A stretch of 64,000 nt of DNA from Octopus bimaculoides (Eukaryota): positions 15,279,645-15,343,644 of the forward strand of contig NC_068983.1 of the NCBI RefSeq assembly GCF_001194135.2, in the 5' to 3' direction. The notes beneath the pieces were generated by a model. The model did not search any database. It had not been told where the DNA came from and saw only the letters and a program-made list of their open reading frames with translations. The translations under genes and the position numbers were made by a program. The stretch's first letter is position 1, and every line of letters begins with the position of its first letter. Positions 1 through 11,690 of this stretch are shown here, one piece after another.

Positions 1-189
1 TGATTAACAATAAGCTTATAAGCTAATCCAGTCTCATGTCAAATTTAATCTCTATTAGAAATGCTAATTTGAACATAAAATTGCAAACAGAAAACTAGAA
101 AAGTGCTGCATACTAAATAGTACACTTCATCTTTTTTACCTGTCAGTGTCGCATAACTGGCCCGTTTAAAAGTATCCTTCAATCGTCAA

Positions 190-573
190 GCAATATGTTG
201 TGCTTGGGAAGATCTGTTAAGTGAAATTGTAGTCGTGGACGATACCAGTGCCACCTGACAGGCACCTGTGCCAGTGGCACATAAAAAGCATCATTTGAGC
301 GTGGCCAGTGGCACGTAAAATGCACCATGGTCAATGCCAGTGCCGCATGACTGGCTCCCGTGCCAGCGGCACATAGAAAACACCATTCAAGCGTAGTCGT
401 TGCCAGTGCCGCCTGACTGGCTCCTGTGCTGGTGGCATGTAAAAAGCACCCACTACACTCTCGGAGTGGTTGGCATTAGGAAGGGGCTTCCAGCTGTTGA
501 AACCTTGCCAGTCCTCAAACCGTCCAACCCATGCCAGCATGGAAAGCAGAAGTTAAACAATGATGATGATGAT
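190..573 (+). mobile_element. RTE-tail non-autonomous retroelement (family R, (GAT)n tail)
   Basis: Ends CCAACCCATGCCAGCATGGAAAGCAGAAGTTAAACAATGATGATG. Further copies are at about 2830-2967, 3498-3763, 5490-5940, 6845-6980, 7200-7276, 11893-12047, 13438-13680(-), 31700-31860, 36875-37159, 38030-38234, 40127-40195 and 58571-58921. Confidence 0.8.
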
Positions 574-1782
574 GTATATACCAGAAGAAAAAAATTCACA
601 TAATGTTAACAATACAAATAAAATCATAATCTTACAATAATAGAACTAGGCTGTGTCAACAAAATTATTCTGCTGCTAACCAGACACTCTAATTGGTTGC
701 TTGACCTACAAGAAATAGCAACCTAATCCCCTGCAAAGCACACTATGCAATTTTAAAAAAAGGACACATTGGATAATGTACTTCTAGATACACAATGTTT
801 ACAAAATAAAAAAAATATATCAGTCAAGTGAATGTGTTTGATCAAAGGTCTGTTGTTAAAACAGGTAACAGATTAAATCTATCATCCCAAAACATGTACA
901 GTTCATTCATTGGGCTTCAGCATAGATTCCATGTGTCTGATTTCACTCACAAGGCTTTGATAAACCCAACCCAACGCTATAGAAGACACATGCCCAATTG
1001 CAATATAAAATATATCTTTCTAGGAACAGTGAATTTTTAAGCAGATAATGCTATAAATAATAGGGTCTAAATATTCTTTTCAACTCTAAGCGCAAGGCCC
1101 GAAATTTTTGGGAAGGGGGCCAGTCGATTAGATCAACCCCAGTATGCAATCGGTACTTAATTTATTGACCCCCGAATGGATGAAAGGCTAAATCGACCTT
1201 GGAGGAATTTGAGCTCAGAATGCAAAGACAGACGAAATATTGCTAAGCATTTCACCCAGTGTGCTAATGTTTCTGCCAGCTCACAGCCTTAATAGGGCCT
1301 AAATATTGGGTTTAAAAAATCCTTTGGTTAGAAAAGGTTAATTTTTTTTTCTAGGGTAAAAAATGGCTGACAAAACCAATCCCTGTGAATTTTCTAGTTG
1401 TTAATGTTCCGCCCTAATACATCCTGAATTCAAATTCTGTTAAGGCTGGCTTTACCTTTTATTCTTTCAGGGTCAATAAAGTAAGTACCAGTTGAGTACT
1501 GGGGTCGATGTAATCAACTTGCCCTTCCCCTGAAATTGGTGGCTTTGGCCAAAATTTTAAAGCATTATTTATAGCTTTATTTGCTTCAAGATTCACAGTT
1601 CCTAATAAGAATCCATCATGTGATTCTTTCCTGCAACATTCTAATCACTTAACTTGCTAGAAATAGCATCCAAATTTCAATAAAATTCCACCTTACCATC
1701 ATAAAAAAAAATTACATGCCTGGGGAAAATATAGGACAGTTACAGCTCGAATACCTTTGAGCATACATTTACTCAATTAAGG

Positions 1783-2146
1783 CAATGGCCCAGTGGTTAG
1801 GGCAGCAGACTCGCGGTTTCGATTCCCAGACCGGGCGTTGTGAGTGTTTATTGAGCGGAAACACCTAAAGCTCCACAAGGCTCCGGCAGGGGATAGTGGC
1901 GAACCCTGCTGTACTCTTTCACCACAACTTTCTCTCACTCTTTCTTCCTGTTTCTGTTGTACCTGTAATTCAAAGGGTCAGCCTTGTCACATTCTGTATC
2001 AAGCTGAATATCCCCAAGAACTACGTTAAGGGTACACGTGTCTGTGGAGTGCTCAGCCACTTGCATGTTAATTTCACGAGCAGGCTGTTCCGTTGATCAA
2101 ATCAACTGGAACCCTTGTCATCGTAACTGACGGAGTGCCAACCAGC
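1783..2146 (+). mobile_element. tRNA-derived SINE family B ((AAC)n tail; possibly OR1-like)
   Basis: Head GCAATGGCCCAGTGGTTAGGGCAGC...GGTTTCGATTCCC. TSD ACTCAATTAAGG / ACTCAGTTAAGG. Other copies at 8760-9083(-) and 11200-11530(+). Confidence 0.85.
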
Positions 2147-2313
2147 CACTCAGTTAAGGTTGGTCAGGACATCAAGAACAACAACTATTCACAGCTCAAC
2201 ATTTAACAACCTTTCTAAATTCTTATGATGTCAACAACATGAACTAAATATAAAAAAAAACACAGTTTAGAATAAAAAGTATATCAAAGCTTAAAAGAGC
2301 AAAAAAGACATAC

Positions 2314-2371
2314 CATATTAGTTTCATCTTCAGCTAAAATGTGTTCATATAGCTGTTGAGCCTTCTCATAC
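2314..2371 (-). CDS. EMC2: EMC2 coding exon 5 (YEKAQQLYEHILAEDETNM); gene continues beyond position 1
   Basis: 58 bp, cattccag acceptor and gtatgt donor. Matches YDDAIQLYDRILQEDPTN. Phases are consistent across all five exons (357 nt = 119 codons). Confidence 0.94.
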
Positions 2372-2670
2372 CTGGAATGAAGAAAGGAGCTTGTTGGAGA
2401 AAAAAATATTTAATATGCAGATGACAAAATCGGTAGAATGTTAAGCAAGCTACCATGTGGTATTTGGTTACATCCCTCTACATTCAAAGTTCACTAAGTT
2501 CAAATCTTTCTCAAGTCCAACCATATCCTTAACCTTACAAGGTTAATATACTGGGCTCAGTGTTGTAATCAACTATTCGTTAGAAAATTCCAATCCAATG
2601 ACTAAAACTAATAAATGAAAGACCACAAGCATTTCTGAGTGACCATCACACTATTTTGGTTCAATAAATA

Positions 2671-2965
2671 CACAGGAGTGGCTGTGTGGTAAGTAGCTTG
2701 CCTACCAACCACATGGTCTCAGATTCAGTCCCACTGTGTGGCACCTTGGGCAAGTGTCTTCTACTGTAGCCTCGGGCCGACCAAAGCCTTGTCAGTGGAT
2801 TTGGTAGACGGAAACTGAAAGAAGACCGTCGTTAGGAAGGGCATCCAGCTGTAGAAACTCTGCCAGATCAGATTGGAGTCTGATGTAGCCAACTGGTTTG
2901 CCAGTCCCCAGTCAAACCGTCCAACCCATGCTAGCATGGAAAGCAGACGTTAAACGATGATGATG

Positions 2966-2997
<32 letters not shown>

Positions 2998-3214
2998 ATA
3001 TGTTTGTGTGTCTGTGTTTGTTCCCCCAACATCGCTTGACAACCGATGCTGGTGTGTTTGGGTCCCCGTAAAGTTAGCGGTTCGGCAAAAGAGACCGATA
3101 GAATAAGTACTAGGCTTACAAAGAATAAGTCCTGGGGTTGATTTGATTCGACTAAAGGCGGTGCTCCAGCATGGCCGCAGTCAAATGACTGAAACAAGTA
3201 AAAGAGTAAAAGAG
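2671..3214 (+). mobile_element. tRNA-derived SINE family A ((TAAAAGAG)n tail) with a nested family R insert
   Basis: Head GGAGTGGCTGTGTGGTAAG...GGTTCAGTCCC (A/B-box-like), central (TA)n/(TG)n, tail GAAACAAGTAAAAGAG. Confidence 0.85.
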
Positions 3215-6200
3215 AAACCCATTCAAAAACCATGTAGAAAAAGAGATGGAAATTTGGGAAACTCAACCGAATAATCACACATAAAACAAAGTTGGAAGAG
3301 GTATAATTTCATATAATACTAATACTGGGGACTGGATGTAGTATTAGTAATATGTGCCCTGTATTTATTACCTGGCAGTAAAAAAAGACCTTGAACCAAC
3401 AAGGGAGTGTCTTTGTGGTCATTTGACCTGCTAGAAATAGCAGACAAATCTCCTTCAAATTGAAAAAAGAAAAGGCACATGGGACAATATCATTTCTGGT
3501 GCGGGTGGCACATAAAATACATCACTTTGAGTGTGGCCGTTGCCAGTACCGCCTGACTGGCCTTCGTGTCAGTAGCACGTAAAAGCACCCACTACACTCT
3601 CTGAGTGGTTGGCGTTAGGAAGGGCATCCAGCTGTAGAAACTCTGCCAAATCAGATTGGAGCCTGGTGTAGCCATCTGGTTTCACCAGTCCTCAGTCAAA
3701 TCGTCCAACCCATGCTAGCATGGAAAGCAGACGTTAAACGACGATGATGATGATGAGGATGATAGAAGCAGGGTGGTCATCACTGCATCACTTTTAATTA
3801 TAGGTTTGCTTGACCAAGGTTGATCCAGAATTAAACGCCAACGAAAAGTAAGAAAAGAGAAAGAATTAATCTCAATCTTTCTTTCTTGTTTTTGAAATTC
3901 AAATTTATCAAAATATAAGCAATTAGTCTGGACAGTTATAACCCAGCCATCAATCCATCTTCACTGCTCCCTATTCCTAGGAGAGTCATGGGGATAGAGC
4001 CCTGAGGCACCTCCTCCATTGTGTTTCATCAGAAGCAGCTGTCTTTAGAATTTGTAGCTGGATTCCTAAGTGTGACCAACATTATTCAACCATCTTCTTC
4101 TACCATTAGGTCAACTGCTTGTTGGCTCAGCTTGAAGTCATCATGTGATTCTGTCTTGTGACATTCTAATAAGAATGAAATTATTGTATAGTGCTCAGGT
4201 GCACTACAACTTGTCAAAAGTGCATATAAAGCATATGCAGTATTGTACAAATGCCTGGAAAGTCAACAGTGTATGAGTCAGATACATGCTTGCATGTGTA
4301 TGGAGGGGAGAAAATCAGGTGTAGTGTTGGCGAATCTCAGGAAGCATGGAAGTTTTGAAAGATGCAGTGCTCCGACAACTAACAACTGATGCTGGCAGTT
4401 TGTTCTATACTTCAGCAACCCTTAGCATGAAAAAGTGTTTCTAATCACTTAACCTGCTAGAAACAGCAGCCAAATCTCAATAAAATTCCACCTTACCATC
4501 ATAAAAAAGAAAAAAAATTACATGCCTGGCGAAAACAGGGGACAATCACAGCTGGAATACCTTTGATCATACATCTGCTCAATTACGATTGATCTGGGCC
4601 TCAAGAACAACTGATCACAGCTCAACATTTTATAACTTCCACGTTTTCATTTTTCCAATTTTTAGAAAAGACACAACTAAACGGATTGGTATCAACAAGG
4701 ACATCTGGCTATAAAACGCTGCCACAAAATGTCCTCTCATACTCATTCCAGTATAGAAGAGCAGACAGATGATGATGATGATGAGGAGGAGGAGGATGAC
4801 TCAAGAACAATGCATAGGCAGAATCACTATCTTATGATATTGAATTACAACCATTTATATTCTGGGATCAAATCCTGCCAAAGTCAACTCTGCCTTTCTT
4901 CACAACAGTGTCAATAAAATAAAGTACCGCTCAAATGTTCGAGTTGATTTAATAATCAACTATAACCCCCCACTACACACACCAATTTCAATTTGTGGCC
5001 TTGTAATAGAAATTAATAATCAGGTCACCTATAATAAAAAGATAATGCTAAAATAAATATTTAAGCTATATTCAATATAGTTATAGGAATAAAGATTAAA
5101 GCTATATTTGACAATCATTTGACACAATATGCTTATATTTACCTGACATTTCAACAAAATGTGTTATCTATAATTGTCAGTTACAAGAATCAGTTCACCT
5201 GGTAAGGAAACTAGAAGCAGTTATAACTGCTTCTGAAGATAAATGAAAATATAACTGCTCACACAGTAGACACAACAATCACCTCTTACACTACATGGAG
5301 TTTTTTAATTTTTTTTATGTAGATTAAAGGAGGAAAGACAGTAACAATGACATTTGCAGCACCTCTGAGACTGGTGAAGTTAGAGAAAAGAGGAAACACA
5401 CACATACACACACACACATTCATACACGCAACAAGTCATTAAGCCATCAAGTTAATAACAACTATGTTGAATTTAGATCATCTCTCTTTTAAGGTAAATG
5501 GAGGCAATGACAAGTGACCGAGACCTTTGGAGATATGCTGTGCTTGAGAAGACCCGGCAAGCCAAGTGAGACCATAATTGTGGCCTATGCCATTGCAGTA
5601 TAACCAGCCCATTTGCGCTTGTAAAGACCTGTTGAGTCAAGTGAAGTCATTGTTGTGGCCGATGACAGTACTGCCTGATTGACACCTGTGTTGGTGGCAC
5701 GTAAAAAGCACCATTCGAGCGGGGTCAATGCCAGTACCACCTGACTGGCCCTCGTGCTGATGGCACATAAAAAGCACCTACTACACTCTTGGAGTGGTTG
5801 GTGTTAGGAAGGGCATCCAACTGTAGAAACTTTGCCAGATCAAATTGGAGTCTGGTGTAGCCTTCTGGCTTGCTAGCCCTCAGTCAAACGTCCAACCCAT
5901 GCCAGCATGGAAAGCGGACGTTAGACAATAATGATGATTGGTGTTAAACTCATGAATTACGGCTAATTCCTATTTTGATTCCTCTAAGTAGCCCAGCTAG
6001 AAATCAGTGGACTCAGGTGGGCCTACCTGCATACAGGGTATTTCAACTCAGAGAGATGTTACTTATGAGAACAGGCCTGAGTAGCATCTGATGGTGGGCT
6101 CCTACTGGAGAACAACTCTCATGTGCACTCTAAGGTAAATCAAACAGTGGTACCACACAAGAGAAGGTGCAGGATGAAGTAGCACACCAAAATCCTCAGA

Positions 6201-6294
6201 CCAAAAACCTGGTCCAAATGCTTACAACATCTGTTAAAATATGTTAATTCAAAATCAAAATGTTATAAATAAAATATATAAATAAATAAATAAA

Positions 6295-6543
6295 TGCACT
6301 CTTTTAAAGCCTAACCAGGGCTCATGGGCCCGGTTTCCCGGTTTCAATGGCGTATGCGTTCCCCAGCTGGACGGGACGCCAGTCCATTGCAGCGTTACTC
6401 ATTTTTGCCAGCTGAGTGAACTGGAGCAACGTGAAATGAAGTGTTTTGCTCAACAACCCAACGCGTCGCCTGGTCCAGGAATCGAAACCACAATCTTACG
6501 ATCATGGTGCTGACACCCTAACCACTAAGCCATGCGTCTCCAC
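6295..6543 (-). mobile_element. V-domain-like tRNA SINE (RUDI-like)
   Basis: tRNA-like head GTGGAGACGCATGGCTTAGTGGTTAGGG, then GCAATGGACTGGCGTCCCGTCCAG and GAAACCGGGAAACCGGGCCC, resembling the V-SINE core (recalled). Confidence 0.6.
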
Positions 6544-6600
6544 AAATAAAATATATACAAAAACCAATAAAAAAAATATGAAGAAAGGGGAAACACTTAC

Positions 6601-6686
6601 CTATCTTGTGCTTCATATAACATGCCTTTCAAACGAGTCACTCGTAGACTTTTGGGGAATTTATTTTCAAGTTCACCTATACATAC
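6601..6686 (-). CDS. EMC2: EMC2 coding exon 4 (VCIGELENKFPKSLRVTRLKGMLYEAQDR)
   Basis: 86 bp, ttttctcag acceptor and gtaagt donor. Matches [28 protein letters not shown]. Confidence 0.96.
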
Positions 6687-7276
6687 CTGAGAAAAGGAGA
6701 CACATGTGAAAGAAAGGTAACACAATATTACAGAGATTTGGAATTTCATTCTTCCATATATACATACATACAAACACACACACATATGTCAGTCTAAATT
6801 CCAGCTATAAATATGCATGAATGCATGCATATATATATGTCATAGCCGATGCCAGTACTGCCTGACTGGCACGGGACCAGTCAGGCAGCACTGGCATCAA
6901 CCACGTTAGTATGGTACTTTTTATGCGTCACTGGCACGGGAGCCAATCTGATGGGACTGGCATTGACCACGCTCAAATGGTGCCTTTATAATTTGAGGCC
7001 AAAGAAAAATAGACTGGATAGCAAAGACAGTGCAACATGTCCAGACTGTCGCATTTAACCCCGTATTATTCATCACTGCATGTTAGATGTCTGACCATCA
7101 GCCATATAGAGGCATGGTCATTGTCATCATTATCATTGTATTTTAATGTCCATTGTTCCATACTTCCATGATCTGGACAGAATTTGTTGACGACTGGCAC
7201 CCATGCCAACGTTGTCTCCTTCATTGGACACGAAACTCAGCTTGCGAAGACTTATTGGGGCAAGCGAAAGCGAAAT

Positions 7277-8239
7277 NNNNNNNNNNNNNNNNNNNNNNNN
7301 NNNNNNNNNNNNNNNNNNNNNNNNNNNNNNNNNNNNNNNNNNNNNNNNNNNNNNNNNNNNNNNNNNNNNNNNNNNNNNNNNNNNNNNNNNNNNNNNNNNN
7401 NNNNNNNNNNNNNNNNNNNNNNNNNNNNNNNNNNNNNNNNNNNNNNNNNNNNNNNNNNNNNNNNNNNNNNNNNNNNNNNNNNNNNNNNNNNNNNNNNNNN
7501 NNNNNNNNNNNNNNNNNNNNNNNNNNNNNNNNNNNNNNNNNNNNNNNNNNNNNNNNNNNNNNNNNNNNNNNNNNNNNNNNNNNNNNNNNNNNNNNNNNNN
7601 NNNNNNNNNNNNNNNNNNNNNNNNNNNNNNNNNNNNNNNNNNNNNNNNNNNNNNNNNNNNNNNNNNNNNNNNNNNNNNNNNNNNNNNNNNNNNNNNNNNN
7701 NNNNNNNNNNNNNNNNNNNNNNNNNNNNNNNNNNNNNNNNNNNNNNNNNNNNNNNNNNNNNNNNNNNNNNNNNNNNNNNNNNNNNNNNNNNNNNNNNNNN
7801 NNNNNNNNNNNNNNNNNNNNNNNNNNNNNNNNNNNNNNNNNNNNNNNNNNNNNNNNNNNNNNNNNNNNNNNNNNNNNNNNNNNNNNNNNNNNNNNNNNNN
7901 NNNNNNNNNNNNNNNNNNNNNNNNNNNNNNNNNNNNNNNNNNNNNNNNNNNNNNNNNNNNNNNNNNNNNNNNNNNNNNNNNNNNNNNNNNNNNNNNNNNN
8001 NNNNNNNNNNNNNNNNNNNNNNNNNNNNNNNNNNNNNNNNNNNNNNNNNNNNNNNNNNNNNNNNNNNNNNNNNNNNNNNNNNNNNNNNNNNNNNNNNNNN
8101 NNNNNNNNNNNNNNNNNNNNNNNNNNNNNNNNNNNNNNNNNNNNNNNNNNNNNNNNNNNNNNNNNNNNNNNNNNNNNNNNNNNNNNNNNNNNNNNNNNNN
8201 NNNNNNNNNNNNNNNNNNNNNNNNNNNNNNNNNNNNNNN
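7277..8239. other. Assembly gap (others: 9084-9742, 17257-17604, 28304-28313, 29532-30076, 32397-32496, 58959-59797)
   Basis: Runs of N; most gaps abut SINEs or microsatellites. Confidence 1.
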
Positions 8240-8599
8240 GATACGAAGAAAACAAGGACAGGTCATTCGGAGTTTTCTTTCATCTGTCGAGATCCAGATT
8301 ATCCTTGCAATTTCGGCTGGTTATTCTCGATATTGCTCCAACCTGGCCAGCCCCAAGGAAAAACTAAGCTAAGAGCATTAGATTCCTTGGAAGAAAGCAG
8401 CGAATGTATACAAAAACAAGGACGGAAAAAAACGAACAATGTTACACAAATACAATAGGAATAATAAAACAGGACATAACAACACACGTCTTTCGACTAA
8501 GGACGAATTAAATTAGGCTAACGTTGTGGAAATAAAGCCTTATGACATCCATTGTCCTCATGCTATAGGTCTGTTTAAACAGAATAACTGACCTAAGAT

Positions 8600-8760
8600 T
8601 ACAACAATTGATTTATCTGTTTGTGCAAAAGTATGTTGTATGAAGCATGTGTAATACATGTGAAGCTACACGATAGTAAAACATGGGCAATGAAAGTAAG
8701 AGATTTGAGAAGACTAGAAAGAAATAAGGCAAACATGATATATCAGATGTGTAATGTTGT
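8600..8760 (+). mobile_element. RTE LINE C-terminal fragment
   Basis: MLYEACVIHVKLHDSKTWAMKVRDLRRLERNKANMIYQMCNV resembles the RTE motif LYxACVxxxMLHGSETW...RLERNE..MLRWMC. Confidence 0.75.
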
Positions 8761-9742
8761 TGTTGTTGGCTCTCCATCACTTCCGACGACGAGGGTTCCA
8801 GTTGATCCAATCAACGGAACAGCCTGCTCGTGAAATTAACGTGCAAGTGGCTGGGCACTCCACAGACACGTGTACCCTTAACGTAGTTCTCGGGGATATT
8901 CAGCGTGACACAGTGTGACAAGGCTGGCCCTTTGAAATACAGGTACAATAGAAACAGGAAGAGGAAGAAAGAGTGAGAGGAAGTTGTGGTGGATGAGTAC
9001 AGCAGGGTTTGCCACCATCCCCTGCCGGAGCCTCGTGGAGCTTTAGGTGTTTTCGCTCAATAAACACTCACAACACCCGGTCTNNNNNNNNNNNNNNNNN
9101 NNNNNNNNNNNNNNNNNNNNNNNNNNNNNNNNNNNNNNNNNNNNNNNNNNNNNNNNNNNNNNNNNNNNNNNNNNNNNNNNNNNNNNNNNNNNNNNNNNNN
9201 NNNNNNNNNNNNNNNNNNNNNNNNNNNNNNNNNNNNNNNNNNNNNNNNNNNNNNNNNNNNNNNNNNNNNNNNNNNNNNNNNNNNNNNNNNNNNNNNNNNN
9301 NNNNNNNNNNNNNNNNNNNNNNNNNNNNNNNNNNNNNNNNNNNNNNNNNNNNNNNNNNNNNNNNNNNNNNNNNNNNNNNNNNNNNNNNNNNNNNNNNNNN
9401 NNNNNNNNNNNNNNNNNNNNNNNNNNNNNNNNNNNNNNNNNNNNNNNNNNNNNNNNNNNNNNNNNNNNNNNNNNNNNNNNNNNNNNNNNNNNNNNNNNNN
9501 NNNNNNNNNNNNNNNNNNNNNNNNNNNNNNNNNNNNNNNNNNNNNNNNNNNNNNNNNNNNNNNNNNNNNNNNNNNNNNNNNNNNNNNNNNNNNNNNNNNN
9601 NNNNNNNNNNNNNNNNNNNNNNNNNNNNNNNNNNNNNNNNNNNNNNNNNNNNNNNNNNNNNNNNNNNNNNNNNNNNNNNNNNNNNNNNNNNNNNNNNNNN
9701 NNNNNNNNNNNNNNNNNNNNNNNNNNNNNNNNNNNNNNNNNN

Positions 9743-10029
9743 GTGGATTTGGTAGACGGAAACTGAAAGAAGCCCGTCGTATATATGTATATGTATGTGT
9801 GTGTATATGTTTGTGCGTCTGTGTTTGTCCCCCCAACATCGCTTGACAACCGATGCTGGTGTGTTTACGTCCCCGTAACTTAGCGGTTCGGCAAAAGGAG
9901 ACCGATAGAATAAGTACTAGGCTTCCAAAGAATAAGTCCTGGGGTCGATTTGCTCGACTAAAGGCGGTGCTCCAGCATGGCCGCAGTCAAATGACTGAAA
10001 CAAGTAAAAGAGTAAGAGTAAAAGAGTAA
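9743..10029 (+). mobile_element. SINE family A, 3' part (5' part in gap), about 20 bp from the EMC2 exon 3 donor
   Basis: Family A consensus and tail. Confidence 0.88.
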
Positions 10030-10049
10030 GCAAAATAAGTCCAACTCAC

Positions 10050-10114
10050 CATAACAAGATCAGATCTCTGGCAATCTAAAGCTGCTATGCACACTTGTTC
10101 ATATATTAACCACA
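10050..10114 (-). CDS. EMC2: EMC2 coding exon 3 (LWLIYEQVCIAALDCQRSDLVM)
   Basis: 65 bp, gttccag acceptor and gtgagt donor. Matches the EMC2 signature WIIYEQVMIAALD. Confidence 0.96.
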
Positions 10115-10484
10115 CTGGAACATAGAAAACAACATAATGAAAATCAAAGTAATTAAGAGTGGAAAATTAAATAATTCATAAGGAACTAGAAATTATTGAA
10201 AGTTAAACAGGCAGGGAGCTGCAGTTGTCTGTATCATGATGGTATGAAGCTATGGACTCCATAATCAACAGCTCAGAACCCATCTCCAGCATAACATTAT
10301 ACCTCTGGCAAAACTTTCACTTGCCCAGTCTACTTGGCTGTAAATAGATAATGCAGGAAATATAGTTCGTAGCTACAATCAACAATGGGAATGGGAGAGG
10401 CACTGAATAATCGAGCAGAGTTAAGTAAAACAGCTCCCATGATAGATTGGCATTCTATGTCAGTTAAAAATATCTCAAGCACTT

Positions 10485-10958
10485 CATCATCATTGTTTAA
10501 CGTCCGCTTTCCATGCTAGCATGGGTTGGACGATTTGACTGAGGACTGGTGAGCCAGATGGCTGCACCAGGCTCCAATCTGATCTGGTAGAGTTTCTACA
10601 GCTGGATGCCCTTCCTAACGCCAACCACTCTGAGAGTGTAGTGGATGCTTTTACATGCCACCGGCACGAAGGCCAGTCAAGCGGTACTGGCAACAGCCAC
10701 GCTCAAAATGGTGTTTTTTACATGCCACCTGCACAGGAGCAAGTCCAGCGGCACTGGCAACAACCTCGCTTGAATGATTTCCTAAAGTGCCACTAGCACG
10801 GAAGCCAGACAACTGCTCCGGCAATGATCACGCTCGGACAGTGCTGTTAGTGCTCCACTGTCATGGGTACCAGTCATCGAATATGGTTCAATTACGATTT
10901 CGATTTCACTTGCCCCAACAGGTCTTCGCAAGCAGAGTTTAGTGTCCAATGAAGGAGA
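10485..10958 (-). mobile_element. Family R copy (long form) in EMC2 intron 2
   Basis: (CAT)n-GTTTAACGTCCGCTTTCCATGCTAGCATGGGTTGGACG... extending to CCCCAACAGGTCTTCGCAAGC. Confidence 0.85.
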
Positions 10959-11576
10959 GGTTCATATTTTAAAAACAAAATAAGCACCATCTGTGTACAT
11001 GCAACCTCTTGATTAGCAGTGAGCTTGCTAGTCGTGTTCATATAGAAAATATGCAAACCAGTAAAATTTTGTAGCTTTTTAATCTAGACAAAAATTATTA
11101 TTGAAAACAAATAGAGCCACTTCATAGCAAATTTCTACAATTCATCATTATATAATTAAATCGAAACAATCATAGGTTAAGGCTTTTCCTTGAATAGTGA
11201 GGGCACGTGGCTTAGTGGTTAGGGTATTCAGCTCACAATCACAAGGTCATGAGTTCAATTTCTGGTGGTGTGTTGTGTCCTTGAGCAAGACACTTTATTT
11301 TGCGTTGTGCTAGTCCACTCAGCTGGCAAATATGAGTAGTACTTGTAATTCAAAGGACCAGCCTTATCAGATTCCATGTCACGCCAAATCTCCTTGGAGA
11401 CTACGTTAATGGTATGCATGCACTTGTGTGCAGAGTGCTTAGCCACTTGCACGTTAATTTCACAGACAGGCTGTTCTGTTGATCAGATCAACTGGAACCC
11501 TCATTGTTGTAACCGATGGAGTATCGGTTCCTAGAATAAAATAAGAGGAGAAAGCATACAATTATTCATTTCTTAC

Positions 11577-11690
11577 ATTCATCTCCTAAATTATAAGCAT
11601 AGTTCATGAGTACATCTTCCCAAATCTGTACAACCATGGCAGCATCTCGGATTTGATCCTCTCGCAATTTACGAAGATAGCAACGAGCAT
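11577..11690 (-). CDS. EMC2: EMC2 coding exon 2 (DARCYLRKLREDQIRDAAMVVQIWEDVLMNYAYNLGDE)
   Basis: 114 bp, cttctag acceptor and gtaag donor. Aligns by eye to human EMC2 [38 protein letters not shown] (recalled). Confidence 0.93.

Noticed and set aside
1783-1850. tRNA-like heads as true tRNA genes (also at 6543, 11200, 52480 and 63445)
   Set aside because: Each continues into SINE body and tail, some with TSDs, and lacks a complete cloverleaf.
4729-4917. Acidic ORF (DDDDDEEEEDD)
   Set aside because: A (GAT)n/(GAG)n microsatellite with no supporting splice structure or homology.
7133-8458. Long 240-424 aa ORFs in the supplied track (also at 9.0-9.8, 17.2-17.7, 29.2-30.2 and 58.9-59.9 kb)
   Set aside because: They are open only because they run through N gaps.
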